From Eledone cirrhosa (taxonomy: Eukaryota), in contig OZ024741.1 of NCBI GenBank assembly GCA_964016885.1, positions 140,244,001-140,308,000 of the forward strand: a stretch of DNA of 64,000 nucleotides, written 5' to 3'. The notes under the pieces are model-generated. The model was not told the DNA's origin. It made no database searches and saw only the letters and a list, made by a program, of their open reading frames with translations. Both the position numbers and the translations under genes were made by a program. Positions 12,201-25,006 of this stretch are shown here, one piece after another; position 1 is the stretch's first letter, and every line of letters begins with the position of its first letter.

Positions 12201-12637
12201 TCCAAGATACCGTTCCAGTCGCCCACTAACACTAAAGAGCGGGACGTTCCAAGAAAGGTATCTAGACGTCTGAAGAAATCTGGCCGTCCTGCCCCTTTTG
12301 GGGCGTAGACGGCTACTAGCCTGAAAGCATTGCCTTCGCTGCCGGTTACGTCCAGCACCACCGACTTAAATCTGAGTCTAGGAAAATGGCCCCTATGGCG
12401 AGTTCCAAGCCTCTCCGAAAAAGGACAGCAACCCCTCCCCCGATCCTGGACGGCAGGGAGATGCGTATACATCGTAGCAGACGAAGATCGGTTCGAAGGC
12501 TTGTGCTTCGGAGATTCTGGTTTCACTGATGGCACCACATCTATGTTTAGTGACCTGAGGTCGTTGAGCAGGTGACCCTGCTTCCAAGAAGACCCGAGGC
12601 TACGTGCATTTATACTGCCTATTCTGAGTACGGCCAT
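9243..12637 (-). pseudogene. Tx1-2 ORF2 (APE + RT + C-terminal CCHC), frameshifted
   Basis: Motifs KSPGLDGL, NFRPITLLN, VRQGCPLS, AYADDVT, CPRCAQSDETVVHALVQC. Confidence 0.92.
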
Positions 12638-12669
12638 GTTGGATGAGAAACGGGGCAAGTGAGAAAGGG

Positions 12670-14771
12670 TCACTTACCTTGCTCGTGTTGTGAAGGGACA
12701 GTAGAACCGCCTCTTTCGCTGGTCATGGATGTTTCCAAGAGGATGTCAGTGTATATCCTCTTGGTAACCGACCCTCTGAAATCTCCAACTGCGTTGGGGA
12801 ATTTTTGTTTTAAAGGTTTGTACTGTTCTATTGAGATTTCAATGATGCTTATGTTTGTCGGGAGAGTTCTTGGTGTTGGTGAGGTGTAGTAGTTTTTTTC
12901 TGTGATGTCTGTGTGCTGCTTTATATATTGTATGTGTTCTTTTTTTGCCATGTTTATGGCTGTGTACTTTTTGGGGGGGAGGGGTGATTTTGTTGCTGTT
13001 TTCTTCTTGTTGCTGTTTTGTGTGTGTGTGTCTTGTTGTGTTTGCGTTGTTGGTGTTTTTGGTGATGCTGGTGGTGGTGTGGTTGTTGTTGTCAGTGGTG
13101 CTTGTGATGGTGATGGTGGTGTTGCTGCAAGTTTCCTTGCTGCCTTTACCCCTCTTTGTATGCCTTCGCTTTTGGAGGGTTAATCTAAGGGTATTTTTGT
13201 TTTTTTGTTTTTGTGGCAGACCGTTTGCCACTTCACTCCCGCCTCAAACTCCATGTCGGATTCTGTGGCGTCTGGGAGGGGTATGTGCTCCACGGCTGTT
13301 GGTGGTGGTAGTGGAGCCCTCTTCGGCAATTTTGTTGCTGCTGTAGCTACTTCAAATGTAGCTATTGGTGTTACCGCCACTGATGATGCTGCTTTAGTTG
13401 TCCGTGGCCTTGGTACGGGTGCTACGGACGTTGCCCTCCTACTCACCGTGGAAGGGGCTTCTGCGTTTGTTGCCTGCCCTGCTCTTGGTAGCAGTGTACC
13501 AGGTATTGGAAGGAGAGGGGTCTTCTTCTTCGCTCTCTTCTGCGGGCAAAAGGCCCTGAGGTGACCCTTCGACCCACAGAGGTAACATTTTGGCCGTCTT
13601 CCTTCTACACTTATAGGGAGTTGGCGTCCTTCCTCGATGTCTATGATATCGGGGATAGCGTCGATACATTCCTGGTCAGCTTGTATAAGCATTTGCATGC
13701 CTATACCTGACCAATTCTCTCTCCCTATTTTTTCTACTTGCAGCATGGTCGTCCTGTTCTCGATTCCAGCAAGGACAGACGCGGCCAGCCAAGGTATGGG
13801 CACGTCGGGTGGGACCTGGGTCACTTTGACCCTCACAATTTTCTGCCTGCAGTAGGAGGGCACCAAGACTATCTTCTCACTCTTTAGGGTTTCCAAAGAG
13901 TGAGACTTTGCTTCCTGGGGGTTGGCGAAAAGTACGTCTACTGTGGCGTACTTTCTGCCTCGGGTGATGTGGGTTTTTCGTGCCCAGACGCACCACAAGT
14001 CATTTTGGATTTGAGCCTCCATGGCTCTCTCCACCCGATGTGAGATTTTGCTTACGGTGCGGTAAGTCACCGTCCGTAGCTGCTGGTACTTGAAAAAATC
14101 GGGTGGAGACACAATTGGACACAATTGGCGCTTCCTGTCATCATGGCCCTTGCGATTGCCATCTCCTCCTCTGTGACTAACACTGTCTCGATATTTCGAG
14201 CGATACCTGCAAAAGAAGTGATCCCTTTTTCAGCAGAACCACTATTGCTGCCGCTAGTGGTCTTACTGGTGGTGCTGAGATCGCTATTACAGCTATCGAT
14301 GTCATTGTTGATATTTTCGTTGGTACAGTTGTTGGTGTTGTTGTTGTTGTCTTCGTTGATACTGTTGCTGTTGTTACTGTTATTGTGGCTATTGTTATTA
14401 TTGTTGTTTTTGTTGATACTGTTCCTACTATCATTGTTGTTGTTGTGGCTGTTGTTATTGTCATTGTTATTGTCGTTCTCGACCTTACCGCTGTCATTTT
14501 TATTATTGTCGTTCTCGACTTTACCGCTGTTATTTTTGTTGTTGATGTTGATATTGATGGTATTGTTGTTGGTGTTGTTGTTGGTGTTACTGTTGGTGTT
14601 GTTTGTGTTAGGAATATTTGTTAATTTTAAATCTGTAACAATCTTCTTTTCCTTTGTAATATTTTCGTTTATATTTACCTCCGCTAGAACGCTGTCTTGT
14701 TGACATGCTGATAAAGTCTCCTTCTCTCTGTATTCTCTGACTGCGCTCTCTCTGTTTCTTGTGTTATCCAT
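12670..14771 (-). pseudogene. Tx1-2 ORF1 (Asn-rich N-terminus, RRM-like region, CCHC knuckle), frameshifted
   Basis: ORFs 14067-14771, 13180-14124 (CYLCGSKGHLRAFC), 12839-13231 and 12670-12951. Confidence 0.88.
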
Positions 14772-15004
14772 GTTTAAATTTTTTCAAAAAAATATTTTTC
14801 CACAAATACGCATACGACACCTCGTAAAGGGGTGCCGTATTATTAACGAGTGAACATCTGTATTAGGTGGGTCACTTCTTCTAAACTTTTATCAAATTTA
14901 AAACTTGAATTAAAGATTTAGAACGGTTGAAAACGGGGTAAAACGTTGAAAAAAACTTAAGGCGATAAGACGCACGTGGTTGATAAAAAAGGTCAGGAAA
15001 TCGC

Positions 15005-16535
15005 TCCCGTAAGTTTTTTGATTTTTAACATATTTAAAACAATTGTGATATAACAATTCTTAGTACAAATGATACATAAAGCACCAGACTCAACTCTCAG
15101 AAAATTCGGATCCATCATATCCTGTTATATAGCTCAAATATTCAATTTTGTATTATAAATTTTATATTAAAAAAAGAAAATGGTTATAAATGGAAGAAAA
15201 CCCACTCTGTCTACACTATATAGAACAGCCAAATAACAGCAATTTCACCAACACCACAAACTAGATATACCACCTATCCCATCACCCCTCTGTGTACACT
15301 AAATACAACAGCCAGATAACGGCAAGTTCACCACCACCACCACCACCATCACCAATCCCAGCATAATAATAATTACTATTATTCTATCTCAAGTTTTCTC
15401 AAAATGTTTAATTCAAATATTAAGATAATATGTCAACACATATTAAACATACGCGACAAACCGCATAGATACACAGATCAAACAAACTAGTCTACTCAAC
15501 AAAACTCAGTAACGACAACGCCATCACTATAGTCACCGCCGCCACCACTTCATCCATCATTGCTACCACTATCCCATCACCGCCGCCACCACTCCTTCAT
15601 TGCTACCACCACTATTCCCCCTTTACCTTCTGTTAACTTAAGAAAGGGGAGGGTGGCGGTATCACTAGACAAGGGAGAGGTTAGCAAAAGATATATATAG
15701 ATTGACTTAGTGACTCGGTCAAATGTCAACGACTATGGCACTGCTGGCTCCCCCTTTCCCCACCAACAAAAAAAAACCAGCACCACCAACGACTAATAAT
15801 AATTTCATTCTTAAGCCACGCAATGCTCACATTAAGGAACCACTCATGATAATAACAATTTAAAAAACAACAAAAAAGAAAACCCCGTCACCAAGAAATA
15901 CCGGGATGGCGGCCGGCGGGGAATAGCTGTGTCTCTAGGGGAGGACGGCCCCTCTAGTCTTGGTTGACACTCGACCTAGAAGTGGTAATACGAAATGATT
16001 ACCCCTTGGCGGATAAGGATAAAATGCGACAAAATAAAGTAAATGTCAAATGACAAATTCTCATACCGGATCGGGCGTCATCCGGGTCAAAAAGGGCCGT
16101 GTCTCTCAGAGAGGAAGCAGACTGGGGTCGAAAAATCAGCTAATGGTTAAAACCTTCCCATCACTTCGTAGCTGGAGACCACCCATAACCGGAATACTCC
16201 TACTGTTGGCCCTCCATGCTCACCACCAAGAAATCCAAAGAAAAAGAGAGAAAAATGGTCAAGGGAAGATAATAAAGAAGTCCTTGAGGCTTTCTACACT
16301 GCCATGTACTACCTATCAAATACATCGAATACAGAACAGACATATATCAACTGGAAAAAGAAACATCCCGAAAACAGAGACAGTAACAAACTAGCCAATA
16401 TACGAAGAAATATTTTTAAAAGAATTTACTAACTGATATGGAAATTGATCAGATCAAGCTATTGGCACAAAGTCAGCGAAGGGAAAATGAAACAAGTGTC
16501 AGTGAAAACGAGGTAAATTTTAAAACTTCGAATCC
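15005..16535 (+). mobile_element. R4-B 5' fragment (long 5' UTR and start of ORF), 3'-truncated
   Basis: Collinear with 49375-50898. Fused to Tx1-1 at ~16535. Confidence 0.85.
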
Positions 16536-17576
16536 TGATTTTCTTTCGCTATTTCGATTATCTTGGTTTTGGCTTCGATGCCGGTGAGGACGGCAGCTAT
16601 AAGCCAGGGAATTTCGATGGCCGGTGGACGTGGGTCACCCTGATCTTCACGAGTCTCTGGCCACAATAGCTTGGGACGAGTGTGAAGTCGTCACTTTTTA
16701 ATGGGGCCATGCAGTGTTCTCTCGCCTCCTCTGGTGTTTCAAAGAACACGTCCACGGTTCCATACTTCTGCCCACGTCTGATGTGGGATTTTCTTGCCCA
16801 CACTTGTTCCAAAGCTTTTTTGATTTGGGAATCGGATGCCCGTTCCACTCGGCGCCATTTTACATTAATTGTTCGATACGACACGGTGCATAGGCGCCGA
16901 TGCTCCATTTTATTAGATGGGGGTGGGGTGGGGGGTGAGGATGACCCTGTACCCATCTTTCTTTACCATTGTTTTGGCTTCTTCTAATTCCTCCTGAGTT
17001 ACCTGGAATGCTTCGCACTGTTTTGCTTCTCTGGCAAAACTCAGGGTGGTTTTCTTAATTTCATTGTTGCTGTTGTTGTTATCGTTATTTTTGTCATTGT
17101 TAATTTTAGTTTCAGTTGTGGTGGTGGTGGCGTCAGTGGTGTTCGTTGTGGATGAGTTCATTTTGGTTGCATTCATTTCGATATCACGAGTTAATTTATT
17201 TTTTTCTTTTGTTTCTGTTGTCGCTGTGGTGGTAGTGGGAGACAAATTTAAAATATTGTTACTGTTTATATTTTTAGTGTTGGCAAACATAGTAATATTT
17301 ACAATGGTGGTGTCGGTGTGAGCTGTTAGTTTGTGAGGAAGGTGTGACTGTGAGTCAGCCATGATTTTTTTCAAATAAATTTTTGTTTGATAATTATAAA
17401 AGTTTAAATTTTGTGCTCAAGGCCCCAATCTTTTTGAGTGTCCTTTTCAGAAAACAATGTATGTGCACTTATATATAGTTAACAGTAAAAATTCTCCATA
17501 AATGGAAATTTTAAACAACTGAAAACAACAAACTTGTGCGCAGATCACGATAATACGATTTACTACGTAGGTCGCC
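16536..17576 (-). mobile_element. Tx1-1 5' fragment (5' UTR and ORF1 N-terminal half)
   Basis: Matches ~22400-23539. 5' end GGCGACCTACGTAG abuts (TTA)n at 17577-17615. Confidence 0.9.
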
Positions 17577-17615
<39 letters not shown>

Positions 17616-17874
17616 TAAGAACTAAAATAATGTTTTCTTTATTAACCACAAGGGTTTATATAAAGTAGACATTAAGGACAGTACAGGACAATACAGGACG
17701 GTACAAATGGGCATTTCTGCGTGTAAAAAAACAGAGGTTGTAATAAAATAACAAAGAAAAATTCCCCAATAGGGGGGAGACTTCCGAGGGACATTTGTGA
17801 AGGAAGCCCATTAAAAGACCACAGTGACCCTGACCACCAGAGCAAGTGCCCTCTCCCAGTTTTCCACCTTTAAT

Positions 17875-20800
17875 TTACAGACACATACTCAGCGAATGCC
17901 CATTCATTCGGGCCATACTTGCTTCACTCACCCATCTTTCAACAAAATGCTGGGAAGAGAGCACTTCCCTCTCTACCCTGATTTTCCTTTTCAAATGAAA
18001 TTTGAAAAAGTTAATCAGGGCATCACCGAAGAGGAAAGTGCTCGTCTTCAGCCCTTTCAAACGTGTCCACCATACTATCTCTTTCGCCATGGACACCAGC
18101 CAGATAAAAACTGCCTGCCCTTCCCGGCTAAAGGAAGAGGGCGCCGCAATCCTCACGATGGACTCAGCTGATAGCTGGATCCGTCCTACACGTGACAGCA
18201 GGTGTTCGACATAAACCCACAAGTCAGCAATGCTCGGACATTAGACGAGTGCGTGCAGGACGGTTTCGTCGCCCTGTGCGCCTCTCGGACATGCCCGGCT
18301 GACGGCACCTCCATGCCTGTAGAATTTATCCCGAACTGGCAAAGCTCCCCGGTAGCACTGCCAGGCCAGGGATTTCTGGAAGTTGTCCATAGGCCCCGGC
18401 CCGAAAGTCCTTCCGAAGAGATTGGCTAGTTGATTTTCGTCGACGCCTAGAGTTTCTCCAAGTACGTCGTCGCTCTTCCCCTCCACTAATCCTCTATAGA
18501 ACGCCAAGGTGGAGTTTCCACCGATCACATTGCCTGATTGGTCGAGGGCTGTGAGAGCCTGAAGACAATCCAGTCTCCAAGCGCTCCCTCTCGGTCTTCG
18601 CTTGACCCAGGACTGCAGCTTCGTCAAGGAGACGAGCTGGGGAAAGACGTGTCTAGCAAACGGCGACCACACCTGATCACCGTCGAGGAAGAGGTAGAGA
18701 TGTCGTAGCCTGAGCGCGTGTCTGCGCATCATCAGCCACGGCATGCCCAGCCCTCCACGTAGCGGATGTTGACAGCAGATGGACCGCCTGACCATCGGAG
18801 CGCGTCCCTTCCACAAGAAGCGAAAGAGCAAACGCTCCAGCGCAGTCAGGCGGGGCTTAGGACAAGGTACGACGGTCAGGCGGTAGTAGATAACGGATGC
18901 GATGTACGCGTTAGCCACCTCCGCTCGACCTTTCAGGGATAGCTTCCTCTTCGTCCATTTCTGGGTGAGGGAAGACACCCTGCTCGTCACCTCGTCCCAG
19001 TTTTTGTCCGTCTGGAGGTCTGGATCGAACCAGACCCCTAGCAATTTAACCGTTCCGTCCGTCCAGCGCCCGACGACGCTGTTGGACGGCATGGACCTGC
19101 CTCTCCAGGTGCCGAGCTGCAGGCCCACTGACTTTTCCTGGTTGATCATTGCTCCTGTCACCGCTTCGTATTCTCTTAGTGTAGTGCCGATCGCCTCGAT
19201 GTGTTTAGCGTTCGACACCACTACGGTGACATCGTCGGCATATGCTGACACAGAACTTCCGCATCCTAGTTCGCGCGGGACCCCTCTCAACGTCTCCAGA
19301 TTGTGCAGTAATGGCTCGAGAGTCAATACGTACAATAGGGACGAGAGGGGACATCCTTGGCGGACCGAGCGCATGATGTTGAACGGTTCCGAAAGGTGAC
19401 CGTTCACTCTCACTACAGAGCAGATGTCGCCGTGCATGGCAGCGATCCAGCCTCTTAAGACGGGCCCAAAGCCAGCCGCCCTCAGGACTGCCGCTAGGTA
19501 ACGATGGTCGACCCTATCGAAGGCTTACGACTGATCTAAATTGATCAAAGACCCACCCGTGCCAGGTTCCCTAGCTACCCTCTCTACGATGTATCGCATG
19601 AGGTGGAGGTTGTCGTGGATGGATCTGTCGGGAATGGCGCATGTCTGTGCCTCTCCCACCAGACCACCAACGACAAGCGCCAACCTCTTTGCTAGCACCT
19701 TGGCCAAAATCTTGAACTCTGTGTTTAGCAGAGTTATGGGCCTAAAATTATCTATGTTATCCCCCTTGTTCGGATCCTTTCTCAGCAGCGCCACCGCTCC
19801 TCTGCTCACGGAGCTGGGAATTCTCTCGTTCTGTTGCCAGTTGCAGTAGACGTCCGCCAAGAGGCCTCCGAACAAGTCTGGCATTTGTACGTAAAGTTCA
19901 TAGGGCAGACCATCTAAACCAGGCGATTTACCCCTTGTGCAGCCAGTCATTGCCTCCCGTACTTCAGCGGTTGTTATCGGATTTTCGCAACACTCTGCCT
20001 CAGTGGCCGAAAGCCGCGGCAGTCCGTCGAGGTAGAGACTAAAGTCCATCCCACGATCCGGCCCGCCACTGCCCCCGAACAGTGGAGCGAAGTGTCGCTG
20101 AAAAGCTTTACACATTTGCCGTATCGAGTAGCATGCGCCCGTCGTGGTCCACCAGAGACCGGATCGTGGCTTTGTTGCCACGACACGCCTCCGCCACTCG
20201 GGCCCATTGAACGGCTTTCATCCCCTCGTGTCTGAGAGCACGCACCCTAGCTCTGACAACGCAGCCTTCATGTTTTGCATTGAAGAATTGGTCAAGGGGC
20301 AATTTTGCCGAAAGTACGTCGGTCGCGATGCCTTTGCTAAGCGCCTCGTCTAATTTTCTAACTAATTCTCCCTATGCTCTATTTTTCTCTATTGCTAAAG
20401 CCTTACTAAACCTAATGGACTCTATTCTAATTGCTCTTTTCAGAGCAAACCACCACTTGTTGTTGACAATGGCCCCCGTCAACACCCGCTTAACTAGTTC
20501 GCTAATCCGGTCTCTGTAAGCTTGCGCGCTTGTAAGGACGCGTTTAGCTTCTAGTAGCCGGGTCCTCGTCTATGAAGCCTATCTAATTCAAGCACACAGA
20601 TCACGAATTTGTGGTCCGTGTAGCTGACTATCTTGAATTGTTGACAGCCTATGCTAGACCTATCTATTTCCCTTCAAAATACTCTATCTAGACATGATCT
20701 GGATGACCCTATGCGATTTGTCCAAGTCCACATTGGTACATTCGAGAAATCCATTCGGTACCTGTCAGACAGTTCAAAACGCCTGAGCAGGTTGGTGAGA

Positions 20801-21291
20801 CTCTTGCACACTCCTTCCCTATCCACTAATCCCACACAATCCCAGCGTGCATCTAAGATCCCGTTCCAGTCGCCCACTAACACTAAAGAGCGGGACGTTC
20901 CAAGAAAGGTCTCTAGACGCCGGAAGAAATCAGGCCGCCCTGCTCCTGTCGGGGCATAGACGGCCACTAACCTGAAAGCTTGCCCGTCTCCGCTGGTCGC
21001 GTCCAGCACCACCAACTTTCCTTCTGGGTCCAGGAAGATGGCCCGTATGGCAAGATCCAAACCTCTCTGAAAAAGCACAGCAACTCCTCCCCCCGATCCC
21101 GGACGGCTGGGAGATGCGTACACATCGTAGCCGCCGAAGATCGGTGCGAAAGCCTGTGCTTTGGAGATTCTGGTCTCGCTGATGGCCACTACATCTATGT
21201 TTAGTGACCTGAGGTCGTAGAGCAGGTGGTCCTGCTTCCGTGACGACCCCAAGCCACGCGCATTTATGCTGCCTATTGTGAGTGAAGTCAT
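17875..21291 (-). pseudogene. Tx1-1 ORF2 (APE + RT), with stops and frameshifts
   Basis: ORFs 20674-21291, 19525-20181, 18241-19437 (QGCPLS, YADD) and 17875-18222. Confidence 0.93.
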
Positions 21292-21325
21292 GTTGAAATG
21301 GAGTGGAAAAGATGGGAAAGACCAC

Positions 21326-23329
21326 TTACCTTACTTCTCGTAGAGGAAGGACGGGTTTTCCATCCTTTTCACTGCTTGTGGCCTCCTCAGGAAGGATGTC
21401 CTTACAAATCCTCCTGGAGAGTGCTTGTCGGAAGTCTCCGATGTCTTTGGGGAATTTTTGTTTTAGTGTCATGTACATTTTCTGTGTGATGCGAGTGATT
21501 TGTATGTGGGGAGGTGGTGTGAATTTTTGGGTTGTTGTGTAGTCTTTTTCTGTGATGCTGGTGTTGTGTTGGATGTAGTGTAATAATTGGTTGTTGTTTA
21601 AATTTGATGCTGTGTAGTGTGTATCGTTTTGGTTGTTTTGTTTTGTTTGCGTTTGTTGTGAGTTTGTCTCTGATTCGCATTTTGGTGACTTTTGTGGTGT
21701 AGGTGATGGTGGTGTTGGGGTTAATGATGGTGATGGTGTTGGTGTTTGGGTTGATGGGGTTGGTGATGCTGGTGTGGATGGTGGCATATCTGTCCTAACT
21801 TTTTTGTTTGTTAATTTATTTTTTTCCCTCTGTATTTTGTTTTTGGAGGGGGAAGGAAACGATTTTTTTTCTTTTTGGGTTTCTTTTTTTTTTTCCTGAT
21901 ACCGTTTCCCACTCCTCGTCGTCACAATCTGTCTCCAGTTGTGATAGGCAGGGGAGTGGAAAATCCTCCACAGGCGTTAGTTTTGGTTGTGGCGTGGTGG
22001 ATGGTGTAGGCGCTGGTGCTAGTTCTGAAGCGTTGGGTGGTGGTGGTGCTGGTTTTGCTGATGGTGGTGGTGTCGGTTTTGCTACTGTTGCTGGGGTTGT
22101 TGCTGTTATAGTTGCTTCTGTTGTTGCTGCTACAGTTGTTGCTGCCATATCTGCTACTGGTGGTGCTGATGGTTGTCTCACTGGGGTGGGTAGAAGAGGT
22201 GGCCTCAACCTTTTAGCCTAAGGGCAGAAAGCCCTTAGGTGGGTTCCTTCACTACAAACGACACACCTAGGCCTTCTGCCCTCGACAATTACGGTGATGT
22301 GGCTGCCGTCAGTGAAGTCTATTACCTCTGGGATCTCCTCAATGCTTTTTTGGTCCGCTTGGATCAGGAGCTCCATCCCAGATCCGGACCATTTCTCCTG
22401 CTTTTCTTTTGCTATTGCTATTATCTTTGTGTTGGCTTCGATGCCGGCGAGGACGGCCGCTATTAGCCAGGGAATTTCGACGGCCAGTGGAACGTGGGTC
22501 ACCCTGATCATTACGAGTCTCTGGCCACAATAGCTTGGGACGAGTGTGAAGTCGTCACTTCTTAATGGGGCCATGGAGTGTTCTCTAGCCTCCTCTGGTG
22601 TTTCAAAGAACACGTCCACGGTTCCATGCTTCTGCCCACGTCTGATGTGAGTTTTTCTTGCCCACCACATGTCCCAAAGCTTTTTGGATTTGGGACTCGG
22701 ATGCCCGTTCCGCTCGGCGCGATTTTACATTTATTGTTCGATACGACACGGTGCATAGGCGCCGATGCTCCATTTTATTAGGTGGTGGTGGTGGTGGTGG
22801 GGGGGGGGCTGACCATGTATACATCTTTCTTTACCATTTGTTTAGCATTTTCTAATTCCTCCTGAGTTACTGTATATGCTTCGCACTGTTTTGCTGCTCT
22901 GGCAAAACTCAGGGTGGTTTTTTTAATGTCATTGTTGTTGTTGTTGTTGCTATCGTTATTTTTGTTATTATTAATTTTAGTTTCAGTTGTGGTGGTGGTG
23001 ACGCCAGTGAAGTTCGGTTTGGGAGAGTCCATTTTGGTTGAAAATATTTCGACATCACGAGTTGATTTATTTTTTCCTTTTGTTTCTGTTATCGCGGTGG
23101 TGGTGGGGGTGGTGGTTGTCGCAGTGGTGGTGGTGGTGGCGGCTTTAACACCTGCAGTCATTGGTAATGGCGGGAAATGAATGTCTGCCTGAGACAAATT
23201 TAAAATATTGCTAGTGCTTAAATTGTGTGTGTTGGCAGACGTAGTATCATTTACAATGGTGGTGTCGGTGTGAGGTGTTAATTTGTGAGAAAGGCTTTCA
23301 GCTGCTTGGTGCAGTAGTGAATTAGCCAT
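21326..23329 (-). pseudogene. Tx1-1 ORF1, disrupted
   Basis: ORFs 22778-23329, 22603-22824, 22218-22670 (CVVCSEGTHLRAFC), 21816-22208 and 21326-21925. Confidence 0.9.
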
Positions 23330-23539
23330 TTTTTTTTGAAAGGAATTTTTTGATAATCATAAAAGTTTAAATTTTGGGCACAAGGCCCCAATCTTTTTGG
23401 GTGTCCTTTTCGGAAAACAATGTATGTGCGCTTATATATAGTTAACAATAAAAAATTTCCATAAATGGCAATTTTTAACAAACGGAAATAACAAACCTTT
23501 GCGGATCTCACGATGATATGATTTTCTACGTAGGTCGCC

Positions 23540-23616
<77 letters not shown>
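23540..23616. repeat. (TAA)n tract between elements
   Basis: Direct read. Similar tracts at 8897, 17577, 24928, 28795, 32345, 32838, 34544, 35232, 35336, 39982, 43172 (TTA), 47563, 47917, 49358 and 54188. Confidence 0.97.
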
Positions 23617-23618
<2 letters not shown>

Positions 23619-24927
23619 TCAACACGAAAATCCGTAAGCTACTGATGCACCACCCAAAAGCAGATATGAATCGTCTTTACCTTCCTAGAACTCACGGAGG
23701 CCGTGGCCTGATTCAATTTGAACTTGCTTACAAGAACACCATCATTGGACTGGCCAAATACCTTGAAACATCTAACGACTGTATGCTGAAACTTGTTGAA
23801 AAGCATGAGAGAAGTAAGAAGTTTCATTCTATCTTGAAGGAGAGCAAAAAATATGCTACTGATCTCATGCTTGATACACAGGCTGGACAGACTAAAGAAA
23901 CTTGCAACTGATGCTGCTAGCCACATAAAATCACTGGCAAAAGGAAAAAAAGGCAAGGACAATTAGCATCAAATTGGGTGCAGAAACATCTGCATGGCAC
24001 ATATATGACACGTAGCAAATAAGCTGATGTTAACCAAAAGCACACCTATCAGTGGCTACGTATTTCACGACTAAAAGCGGAGTGTAAAGGCTTCATCTTG
24101 GCTTCCCAATATCAAATCTTATTGACTCGTAATTACCAGACCAATGTGATGATAAATGGAATAAACCCAAAGTGGCGATTCTGCAATGCTGAGATTGAAA
24201 CAGTGGATCACATAGTCTCTGGATGTAAAGTTTTAGCAACAGTAGAATACAAATATAGACATGACAGAGTTGGCCAATATATAAACTGGGTAATATGTCG
24301 GCATTGCAAAATCAAAGCTGAAGACAAGTGGTACAATCATCACCCTGAGGCTGTAACTGAAGAAGAAAAAGTAACAATTCTCTGGGACTTTCCTGTACAT
24401 ACTGACAGGACCATAAAAGCAAATAGACCTGACATCATTGTAAAAGATCAATATAACAATTTCTGTTTATTGATAGATATGAGCTTCCCATGTGATCACA
24501 ATTTCACGGCAAAAGAGTTTGACAAGCTACGAAAATATAAAGATCTGCTTATTGAAATTGAGAAACTGTGGCACCTCAAGGCCATTACAATACCGGTGAT
24601 TGTGGGAGGACTGGGAATGATCAAGAAAGGAACAGAACAATATTTGCGAATGATTCCTTGTTTACCCTCTCTGCAGGTGTAAAAAATTGTTTTGACTGGT
24701 ACTGCACACGCATTGAGAAGAGCACTATCTCTGTAAGATTGATATCCCTCCTTGTATTTACATATGCATATGCACATGTGTATATATGTATACTGTTTTT
24801 TTAATTATTATTATAAATGTGCTGTATTAACTGGCTTAACAATATACACTGTGAATTTATTTGCCCTAGATGTCAGGAAGACACTGGGCATATATCTTAG
24901 AAACAATAATGAGAGAAAAGAAAAACA
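23617..24927 (+). mobile_element. R4-C 5'-truncated copy (post-RT region, zinc finger, RLE, 3' UTR)
   Basis: HHPKADMNRLYLPRTHGGRGL; ETVDHIVSGC; RHD; NRPDIIV...IDMS...K..KYKDL. TAA tail. Confidence 0.9.
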
Positions 24928-25006
24928 ATAATAATAACAATAATAAAAATAATAATAGTAATAATAATAATAATAATAGTAATAATAGTAATAATAATAA
25001 TAATAA

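Larger units (their letters stand above)
8936..14990 (-). mobile_element. Tx1-2 retrotransposon, near full length, degenerate
   Basis: ORF1 and ORF2 remnants. 3' end CCTTGTGGCCAATAAAGAAATC abuts (ATT)n. 5' boundary approximate. Confidence 0.92.
17632..23539 (-). mobile_element. Tx1-1 retrotransposon, full length (~5.9 kb), degenerate, TAA tracts on both sides
   Basis: 5' GGCGACCTACG; 3' CCTTGTGGTTAATAAAGAAAAC then ATTATT. Two ORFs. Confidence 0.95.

Noticed and set aside
23340-23539. HDV-like ribozyme at the Tx1-1 5' end (starts GGCGACC)
   Set aside because: Could not find a P1 partner or the nested double-pseudoknot pattern by eye.
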